Below, piece by piece: positions 37,080 to 47,061 of a DNA stretch of 64,000 nucleotides. Under the pieces are notes generated by a model. It ran no database searches. It was given only the letters and a program-made list of their open reading frames with translations, and was not told where the DNA came from. Source of the stretch: Guillardia theta CCMP2712 (Eukaryota; Protista; Cryptophyta). The stretch spans positions 263,113 to 327,112 of the forward strand of contig NW_005434641.1 of the NCBI RefSeq assembly GCF_000315625.1. Reading direction: 5' to 3'. A program made the position numbers and the translations under genes. Positions within the stretch are counted from its first letter, which is position 1. Each line of letters starts with the position of its first letter.

Positions 37080-39062
37080 GCAGACTAGCAGAGCGCGGCG
37101 TCAGAGCTTGAAGGCGGAAGCGACTGGGACGAGAACAGATAGACAAGACAAAGTAATACCGTTGAACGATTATAGGAAACGATAAGAACCCACTAGGGAT
37201 GAATAAAGCACAAGGATGACTGACGCGGCAAGCGAGCCTGGCATGCCATCATGTACGAAGATCTCTAGTGTCCCAACTCCCTAGCTCCTCCCCCCCCCAC
37301 CCCCTGGCTTCCCCGGCACTGCCAGACCCGCCGGGACACTGTGTGTTTCACAGTGTACTGAGGAAGCAATCAATCCAGTCCACTCAGTACTGTAGTGCTT
37401 TGTATTTTCAGGGGCAGTGAAACTCGCCAAGATCCGATCCGATCGGGTTGCGACTAGCCTCCTCATCTCCGATGATCCGACCGGGACTCGGAGCCTGAGA
37501 CAGGCTCACAGAGTCAGTCCGCCGGGCGTCCGGCCCGGCGGCCCGACACCGGGTCCGACGGCCGGTCCGATCAGTTCTGACTTCGTTCATTGACCCTCTC
37601 AGTGAACCGTTCGGAACGGTTCATCGGATACTCGGAGGCTCAGTGACTACCGTCACGGAGCCTCGGAGGGTGGGTACGGTAAAGAAGCCTTTAAGATGAG
37701 AGTCTTTTTGACTGAAGTACAGCACAGAAATGCCACACAGTAGTGACTCAGTGGCAACTTGTGAGTCACCGTGCCTGAGGCCCCCGGGCCCACAAGTTGG
37801 TTCCGATCGGTCGGTTTAGTGAACTTCGGCGGAGTCAAAGTCACCGACGGTCGGACCGTACACTGAGTGGTGGCAGTCACCCGGCCCCGGGCCGGGCGTC
37901 GGGCCGCGGCAAACAACTTAGTGACTTGCCAACGCCGGTCAACTCAGTTGGGTGTCAACTTGAGTGACTTCACTGGACTCGAGTTCGGAACGACTGCAAG
38001 GAGCGGGGATGAGGTCACCGATCATCACAGAGATTGTGAGACCCCACCCCTCCTCTCTACCACATTTACCACCCTACCCTCGTATGTCTTACACCCTACC
38101 CATCCCTATCAAGCCCTACTCCAACAGATTTCTGATCAACCACCATCGGTGGTAAAGGTAAGTCGAATGCACACCCGTAGTATTATCTACCCTCACCATA
38201 TTATTTATGGTGTTTGGTACCCACCTTTTCATATACTTGTCTTCCTCGGATGATCACCCCTACCCCCTTTTCCCTACAGTGTTGAAGTTTTTGCTTCCAC
38301 TACCCCTCCGTACCCACAATCACCATCGACCAGAGTAACCTCCACCCCACCCCTTGAATGTAAGGTTGTGCCTGGGGTGTAGAATGTAGCAGGTAAATGG
38401 GGGTTATTGCATGGCATTTGGTGGGTGGTAAGGGGGGTGGGATGGGGGATCAAGGAGGAGTTCAAAAGCAGGACACGGAGGGTGGGAGCGTGGGGATGCG
38501 ACAGTGCGAGAGGGGAGGGGAGGGGAGGGGAGGAGAGGATAGTAGAGGAGAGGAGAGGACAGGGCAGGGCAGGGCAGGACAGGGCAGGACAGGACAGGGC
38601 AGGGCAGGAGAGGACAGGAGAGTAGAGGACAGGATAGTATAGGAGGGCAGGACAGTCGCAGAAGTATGAGTAAATGGAGCACAGGTCATATGAGAGGAAC
38701 CTGTTGAAACTTTCGGATGCTGATGAGATAATAGAAGAGATTCAATGCATAAACAAAATGGATCCAGGCCTGTCTCCCCCTATTTTGGCAATACCTGATT
38801 GGGGAAGTGCTCAAGATGAGTTAATCGAAGATTTCGTGGATTGAACAGTTTCCAATGTATCAAGTGTATGCTCAAAACGAAAGAAGAAACAAGTATGTTG
38901 TATCCCTGAATGATCTCGTGGAACATAGCTGTTGAGAGCAACGAGGCTAGATGCTGACAGGAAACCAGAGTATCCAAATTAGAAATTGCTGCTCCAACTT
39001 TCGTGGTCATTCCAGACTTAATCCTGACGCTACTTGTTTCAGTTTCTTCGAAGAATCCCAAC

Positions 39063-39227
39063 ATGTGTATGAGAGTAACCTGCACGAAATGCAACAAGCC
39101 CTCCTGGGTCGGTTGCGGTCAGTGCAAGGTACAGGATACATTGACCCGCTGACGATTTTCGGCAGGAATGCACGTCGAACAGGTGTTGGGGGATGTTCCC
39201 AAGGATCAGAGGTGCAAGTGTAAATAG
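39063..39227 (+). CDS. Intron-containing paralog E of the microprotein (MCMRVTCTKCNKPSWVGCGMHVEQVLGDVPKDQRCKCK)
   Basis: Exons 39063-39117 and 39166-39227; 48-nt intron GTCAGT...GCTGAC...GGCAG; all 6 Cys plus W and H conserved, many synonymous changes. Confidence 0.88.
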
Positions 39228-39486
39228 TCGATCACTCTTCTGTCGACGAGCATGTTTTGGTTGTAATTTACACGTCTTTGGATGATCTCTGAGTAAAGGG
39301 TTGAACGAGAGCACCTCCCAGTGTGCGCATGTCTTGGTTACCCGGGATCGTCGGCTTGAGTAGATAACAAGCTCCAACTTACACTCGAATGATGATGTAT
39401 AGAGGATCTAATGAACAACATGAACATGCTGAACTCTATTAGATACATTTCGATATACACGTCGATCGTGGTGTTGTTGCAAAACT

Positions 39487-42400
39487 TCAACTCCTCAACA
39501 GGTGAAGGAGGTCGATTGCTGTGCTCTTGATCAGACTGCTGACTTGCCTCTGCGTGGCTGCATCGACATCAGCCTTGGCCCTGTCCCCCTTCTTCGTCTT
39601 CCTGCCACCTTTCGTCCTGTTCTTCTTGTCACTGTGCCCGTTGACACTGCCAAGGAGCGGGTGGTACTTGATGGGTGCCTCCTCCACTGAACATCCCTCC
39701 CCGCTCTGAAGATTCTGTTCTGCACCATCGTCGACTATCTCCTCCAACTCCAGCAGGTCACTCTCTTTGGCAGACCTCTTGGCCTTTGCCGGTAGGATGA
39801 GATCCAGGATGGAGTTTGACAAGGGCTTAACTAGCGGCTTCGGGGTAAGGTTGTTCTTCTCGTTGTACGCCAGCTGAAGCCTCCTCCTCCTCTCTGTCTC
39901 TGCGATGGCTCGAGCCATCGAGTTGGTGACTGTCTCGCAGTAGAGGATGACAGTCCCGTTCACGTTCCTCGACGCTCTGCCGATGGTCTGGATGAGGCTG
40001 CGGTCGCTGCGGAGGAAACCCTCCTTGTCTGCGTCCAAGATGGCAACGAGCGAGACCTCGGGGATATCGAGGCCCTCGCGCAGGAGGTTGACGCCTACAA
40101 GCACGTCGATCTTGCCAGCGCGCAGGGCGTGAACGATCTTGAGCCTCTCCATTGACTTCACCTCTGAGTGCAGCCATGCTGCCTTGAGGTCATGGTCCCT
40201 GAGGAAGCTCGAGACCTCCTCCGCCGTCCTCTTGGTCAAGGTTGTGATCAGTACCCTCTCCCTCCTCGATATTCTCTGCAGGATCTCCTTGAGGAGATCG
40301 TCCACCTGCCCTACCGCGCTCCTCGTGTGAACGATCGGGTCAAGGATGCCCGTGGGCCTGATGATCAGCTCCGTCACCTCCTCCATGCTTGCATCGCCGC
40401 TCCTGCACAACGAACTCTGGGGGTATCAGAGTCAGACGCGGTGCTGTAGAGTTTCAGCTGGGCACCTGCTGAAGCTCCCACTGCCCAGGGGTGGCGGAGA
40501 CGAAGATGCACTGGTGGACTCTGGACCAGAACTCTTCCTCCTGCAGCGGGCGGTTGTCGAGCGCGGAAGGGAGGCGGAAGCCATGGCGAACAAGCGTCTC
40601 CTTCCTCATCCTGTCTCCGAAGTACATGCCTCGAACTTGAGGGACCGTGATGTGAGACTCGTCGACGATGAGCAGCCAGTCCTTGCAGAAGGGGGTGAGG
40701 GGAGCACGGCGAGGGAGGGATTCACCTCATGGGGGAAGTAGTCGACAAGGCAGTCCGGAGGCTCTCCGGCCTTCCGACCGGACAAATGCCGGGCGTAGTT
40801 CTCGATGGAGCGACAGTATCCTACCGCCTCGATCTGCATCAGGTCTGACTCTGTCCTCTGAGTCAGCCGCTCTGCCTCCAGGAAGGAGCCTTTCTCCTAC
40901 AACCCACGTCAGGCAACACAGGAGAAGCAGACCCGGCTGTTACCTCCAACTCCGCCACCCTATCGTAGAGCTCAGTCCTGATCTCATGCAGAATCCTCTG
41001 CTTGTCTTCCGACGACGTGACGAAGTGGCTGGCCGGGTAGATCACGATCTCGCTGATGTTCCTATTCGACTCTTTGGCCTCGTTTGCCTCCTCCTTTGCT
41101 CCCTTCATCAGGACTTGAGCTGGGGAGGAGCTGGCTTCGGAGGTGGAAGCAGGAGAATGACTCTCTTCTTCCTGTATGCGACTCACGTAAAACCCGTCAG
41201 CCGCCGAGAGGTTCTGCGCGACGGCCGAGCGCCGAAAGAAAACTCTCAAGATGCTGTCGGTGTGGGAGGGCCCGATCAACAAGCAACCTTGTTCCTCATC
41301 CGACAGTGCACCTCCTCCCTCCTTGTCTCCACGAGCCTTCGCTCCGTCGCTGAGCACGTAGATCTGTCCTCTGCTGATCGCAGGGCTGAGCTCGTTCGAC
41401 ACGTAGTGGAGGAGGCGAAGTTTGGAGGCCAAGGCGAGGGGGGAGCACTGGGCCCCCACGTGGAGGAGGAGGGAGTTTCTGAGGTACTCCGACGGCATTC
41501 CTAACCCGTAGATGCAGCTGACGCTAGCGACGACAACTGTGTCTCGTCGCTCGAAGAGGGAGCGAGTGGCCGAGTGCCGCAAGCGGTCGATGTCGTCGTT
41601 GACAACTGAGACCTTGTCCACGAACACGTCGGAGACGGCGAGGTAAGCTTCGGGCCTGTAGTAGTCGTAGTAGGACACGAAGTACTCCACCGCATTGTTG
41701 GGGAACAGCTCCTTCAGCTCGTTGCACAGCTGGGCTGCGAGCATCTTGTTGGGGGCGAGGATGAGCGTCGGTTTCTGATGCTGGACGATCACGTTGGCCA
41801 TTACGAAAGTTTTGCCCGTGCCTGTGGCTCCCAGGAGGGTCTGAAAGCGGAGGCTCTGCCGCAGGCCCGTCACAAGCTGCTCGATTGCCTTGGGCTGGTC
41901 GCCGCACGGGGAGAAAGGGGAGAAGAGGATGAAACGGTCGTCTCCTCTCGGTCTCCTGTCGTGCCCGGGGAAAGAGAACCCCATCTGCCTCCTCTGCTTC
42001 CCCTCGGACGCCAGGACTCCCTCCTGCTCCTTGAGCAGGTCAAGCTTCCCTTCCCCCAACTTCTCCAGCTCGTCCCACGTCAGCACGCGTCCTCCTGCGC
42101 TCCTCACCTTAGCGACAGCAGCAGAGTCAGCGGCAGCTCGAGTGAGCACGAGGAGGAGCTGGAAGCTGGTGTCTGCGAGGGGACGGCCGGTGAACCCAAC
42201 CTGCTGCTGGAGTTGTGGTGGGATGTCGAGGAAGAATCGGGACCGCTGGGAGACAAACTCCTTCTTGACATCGATGTTGCCGAACCTCCCCCTGGTCCTC
42301 CTCCTCCAGCTGAAGTAGAGGTGGTCCCTGGCTCGGGTGCAGGCCACGTAGACTAGCCTCCTCTCCTCTGCTATCTCGATGTCGTCGGTGAGAGATCGCT

Positions 42401-44453
42401 GGTGGGGAAACGTCCCCTCCTCCATCCCCACACAGAACACCACCTTAAACTCTAGGCCCTTGCTCGCGTGCACGGTGAGCAGAGAGACCTGCTGCTGGAG
42501 CTCCTGCGACTGACCTCCTCCCTCTGCCACATCCTGCTGCTGCTGCTGCTGCTGCTGCTCCTGATTGTCCAAGAAGACGTCCTCGAGGAAGCGGGAGGTG
42601 GACGAGAGGCCTCTGTCAGGGTAGTGGAGAGCTGCTAGGAGGAGCTCCTTGAGGTTGGAGACCCTGCTCTCTCCGTCTGGTTCCTTGCGGTAGAACTCCT
42701 CCAGCCCGAGCTCCTGTACCACCACCTGGACCATCTCTGCTGGGGTGCAGACGGAGACTTTGTCTGAGAACAGTCTCAGGGACCTGCTGAGATTGAGCAG
42801 GGAGTTCCGTTGCCTGGATGGGATTCCAATCTCCTCCTTCTCCTCCTTCTTCTCCTCCTCCTCCTCCAGAGACAGGATGAGTTGGGTTACCGACTGATTG
42901 CGCAGAGCAGCGAGGGCAACCAGCTTTTGGCGAGTCACTTCCCCTACCCCTCGGGTCGGCACGTTGAGGATGCGGAGGAGGCTCGCCGAGTCAAGGTCGT
43001 TGCAGAGGACGCGGAGGTACGAGAGGACGTCTCTGATCTCCCTCCTCTCGTAGAACCTCGTCGACCCGAGCACGCGATAGGGGATGCGATGTCTGCGCAG
43101 ACAGTCCTCGAAGGCTCTGCATTGCTGGTTGGTGCGGAAGAGCACGCCGACGTCGCTGAAGGCCCCGATGCTCCCCCTCTCTTTCATCCTCATCACCTCC
43201 AATGTCACGAACTCCGACTCGTCCCTGTCATCGTATGCGCTGTAAACCTTGGCCTTCTCCCCTCCCTCGCGCATGGACCGAGTCGTCTTGTTGTGCCTGT
43301 TCCCCTGCCCCTGCTCGATCAGCGACTGAGCGATGGAAGTGATAGTCATCGTGCTCCGGAAGTTCTTTTCAAGCGTGCAGACTCGACATCTCTTCATCTC
43401 CCCGATGAAGCGCGCGAAGATGTCTGTCTGCGCTCCTCGCCAACCGTAGATGCACTGATCCTCGTCGCCGACCACGAACAACGTCCTCGTTTTCCTCCCT
43501 TCCTCGCTCCCCTCCTCGTCCTTCTCTCCCTCCTTCTCCCCCCCCTGTCCTTCCGCGTTCCCCTTGAACAGCAGTTTGATCAGGTCGTACTGCAGCAAGC
43601 TGATGTCCTGAAGCTCGTCCACCATCAAGTTCCTCCACTGCCGTCGGAACTCCCGCAGGACGTGAGGCAGCAGCAGCAGTCGCATCCCTTCCCGCAGCAG
43701 CATGTCGAAATCCAGCGCGTTCGCCCGCCTCATCGCTCGCTCGTACGCCCTCCTGATCTTGCTCAGCGCGATCCCGTTCCACTCCTTCCCGCCCAACTCC
43801 CCAGCTGACCCGTTGCCGTAAAGGGTCTCGGCGCTCAGAAGATTTCCCAGCTCGACGATGGCGCGTTTGTCGTACCTCTCGTGCCCCATCCCCAGCAGGG
43901 CGTCGGACAGCACGGTGTACTTCTCCTCGTTGCCGTAGATAGAGAAGCTGGGGGCGATTCCCAGCTCCTCTCCCCTCCTCCTGAGCAGGTTGGCGCAAAG
44001 TGAGTGGAAGGTCCCTGCAAAGAATCCACGGCGTCCCCAACCCCCTTGCCAGCTCCAGCCCAGCTGCTGGAGCCTTTCCTTCAGCTCGTTTGCGGCCTTG
44101 TTGGTGAAGGTGAGGGCGAGGAAGGAGTCTTGCGGCTGCTCGCGCTCAGTCCGCAGAAACTCCATCCTCCTCGTCAGCACAGTTGTCTTCCCCGAGCCCG
44201 GCCCAGCGATCACGACAGTCACGTGCTCTCTTGTCTCTCCCTCCTCCTCCTCCTGCTCGATCGCCTCCAGCTGCTCGTGGCTGAGCCCGTGTGCCCAATG
44301 CTCGCTATGAGCTTGCTCGTCTTGTGCTGGGGAGACGGAGCCAGTCTGTTGTAGGAGAGCAGCGTCGGAAGGTGGAGGAGGGGCTTGAGAAGGAACAGGA
44401 GCAGGAGAGGGAGGAGGAGGCGGAAAAGACGCGCTGTTCCACCACTCAGCCAT
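39487..44453 (-). CDS. uvrD-uvrB: UvrD/PcrA helicase - UvrB fusion protein (further 5' exons probably extend to at least ~46306)
   Basis: UvrD: [66 protein letters not shown]. UvrB, starting in the same ORF: [40 protein letters not shown]; then downstream exons [49 protein letters not shown]. Confidence 0.93.
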
Positions 44454-45061
44454 CTCGAAGGCGATGTCGACTTCCTAGAAGGAACTGAGACGTGGAGGAG
44501 CAAGGAAGACAAGTGTGAGACAACGAGGAAGGGATGTGGTTGAGAGGAGGATTCTGAGAGGAGGAGAGGGGAGGTTGAGTGGAGGGGGAGGAGGAGGACA
44601 GGAAGGATGGGAGAAGGAGGACGGAGGAGGAAGAGGAGGGTGCAGGACTAACCGCGACATCGAGAGACATCTTCCTATCTGACACGATGACGATGGGAGA
44701 AGCTGCAAGGATGTCAGACTTCAGGCGGGAGAGGTCAGTGAGGTACCTTGAGAGGAGATCCTAGAGGCAAACATATGAAGGTTCGACCTCCTGATATGAG
44801 GGGGCGCGTCCGCCTGGGGAGGAAGGTGAGGAGGAGGAAGAGGAGGAGGAACCGTTGATCACTGTGCTTTCTTCTGTTGCTCTGCCTGAGACGATCTTGG
44901 CGGCGAGGAGTTGCAGAGCATCGTGTTGGTTGTTGGTGTTTGTTTCTGTTGGCGTGCCAGGTTCTTCAGAAGGAGGAGGAGGACTTGTGTGCGAGGGATT
45001 ATCGATCTTGCTGCTCTCTGCTGTGTTCTGTGCCCAGCGTCATTGTCGAGAATTGATTAAG

Positions 45062-45103
45062 TGTTGGTGGTGGTGTTGGTGGTGGTGGTGGTGGTGGTGG
45101 TGG

Positions 45104-45141
<38 letters not shown>

Positions 45142-45142
45142 C
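45062..45142 (+). repeat. (GGT)n(GAT)n microsatellite, intronic
   Basis: Seen directly. Confidence 0.9.
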
Positions 45143-46384
45143 TCACCTCAGCATGTTTGTCGTACAATGATGACCATTCTTCATGTCCGCGCATTCTTCG
45201 CTATAATGTTGAGTTACAACGAACCGACAAATCAAACAACAAAGGGGATGCTGCAAGAATCAGCTTGGAGCGAGGAGAGATCAACGGAAAAACATGAATC
45301 ATAGTGTTCAGAAATGGAAGAAGCCAAGAGCAGGAAGGCAAGTATGAGGAGAGGAAGAGAACAAGAGGAGAGGAAGAGAACAAGAGGAGAGGAAGAGAGG
45401 AGAGGAGGAGAACAAGAGGAGAGGAGGAGAAGAGGAGATGGGGGATATGGAGCAAGAGGAGAAGAGGGAGCAAGACGAAGGGAGGAGAACGAGAGGTGGA
45501 CGGGAGGAGGACGAGAGGTCTGCTACTCGTTACCCGCGGGCTGTAGATAGAATCGCTCATGACTGGACGACTTGCCTTGAGCAGCCCAGCCTGAGGTCAG
45601 AAGTTCAGATGAGAAGATGTGAGAGGAAGGAGAACGCAGGAAAATAGGAGGGAGGAGGGAGGAGGGAGGAGGGAGGAGGGATAACAGGCGAAGGACAACG
45701 AAGAAGCAGGGAGTGCTGGGTAAGTAGGAGGTATCGGAAAGTAGGAGCAGGAGGAAGGAGGGAGAGAGAGAGCAAAGTGGAGAGCAGTGGACCTCTATCC
45801 GCATAGAGCTTGGGAGGAGGAAGGAGGAGCACTGAGAGGGGGAGAGGATCTGTAGCCCGGAATTGTTGTTGAAAGAGGAGAGAGCGAGAGAAAAGCAAAA
45901 GAAAACAGCCTGCAGAACGTTTCAGCTCTCCTGCCTCTTGCCTCCTCCTGCTTCCTGCTTCCTGTCTCCTCCCCCTCTCCCTCCTCCTTTCACTCTCCTC
46001 CTCGTTAAAACACTCCCAACAATCCATCCTCCTCCTACAATACCACCCTAGCTCCTTCCCTCCCCATCCTCCCTTTCTTCCCCCTTCCACACCCCCTCGC
46101 CTTGCTCCTCACCTCGACGTACTCAGGACGCCCAGCTCTCCCAAGGAACGCACTGAGGACGTTGACGTGACTCTCTCCTCCCTCCAGCCATCATGTTACC
46201 TTCTCTCCTCTCCCCACATCCTCCTGCTCCTCTGCAGCCGGAACGCGATCCCCCGCTGGTTCGACAGAACCTTCGACATCTTCGTCGTTGAGAACCAAAG
46301 AGGCATGCTGCAATCCAACATACGTCATCTCCTCCCACTGCTACACCTGCTGCTGCTGCTGCTGCTGCTGCTCATCTGTGTCTC

Positions 46385-47010
46385 TCACCTCCTCCACTTC
46401 CTTTCAGCTCGTCGGAAAATCTTCTGAAAACTGTCGACATGCTGTAGCATCTTAACAGGCTGGTCGCGTTCGCTCGTGACGTTGGAGCTCAAACTTGTCC
46501 CGTTGACTTCACTCAGATTTCTCTTCTGAAAATGCTCGATGATCGCAGACGCCTGAAGCTCGTCGACCCCCTGGCAGGGCTGCCACGTCAGCACCAGAGC
46601 CGAGCCCTCCACATCCAATACAACACAGCTTCGCCCTCCCTCCTTGACCCATCGGTCAGTCACCGTCCCTTCTGTCTTTCTCACTTTCATCTTCATCATG
46701 CCTCGCAGCTCTTCTCTCCCCCGTCTCCTCGTCTCCTCGTCTCCTCGTCTCCTCCGCTCCTCGTCTCCTCCGCTCCTCGTCTCCTCCGCTCCTCCTTCCC
46801 CCTTCACCTCGACAGCTGCTATGTCTCCTTCTTCCGCTGTCCCAAGCGCCTCGATGGACCCGAACTTCTCAATCAGCTTCTTCCTCGTCTTCCTCTCAAT
46901 CCCTGCGTAATCAGAATCATCTTGAAGAAATATCCATGCCGCTCCTCCGCTTCCTTCCCCTCCTCCCCCTCCTCCCTCCTTCCCCTCCTCTCCTTCCCCT
47001 TTTCCTGTTG

Positions 47011-47061
<51 letters not shown>

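Larger units (their letters stand above)
34481..37228. repeat. Large inverted repeat (arms ~34481-35741 and ~36047-37228, spacer ~305 bp), each arm itself holding an inverted gene pair
   Basis: CCGCGTCAGTCATCCTTGTG at 34481 is the reverse complement of 37209-37228; inner ends match at 35701-35741 and 36047-36087; duplicated antisense ORFs in the track confirm. Confidence 0.93.

Noticed and set aside
42060-42200. Possible BRCT-like remnant in the UvrD-UvrB linker ([19 protein letters not shown])
   Set aside because: Too short and possibly intronic; cannot be supported without a profile search.
42810-43808. Long antisense ORFs opposite uvrD-uvrB and KNL1 (also 40668-41504, 61424-62617, 28474-29259)
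   Set aside because: Expected by-product of GC3-rich codon usage on the coding strand; no domain features.
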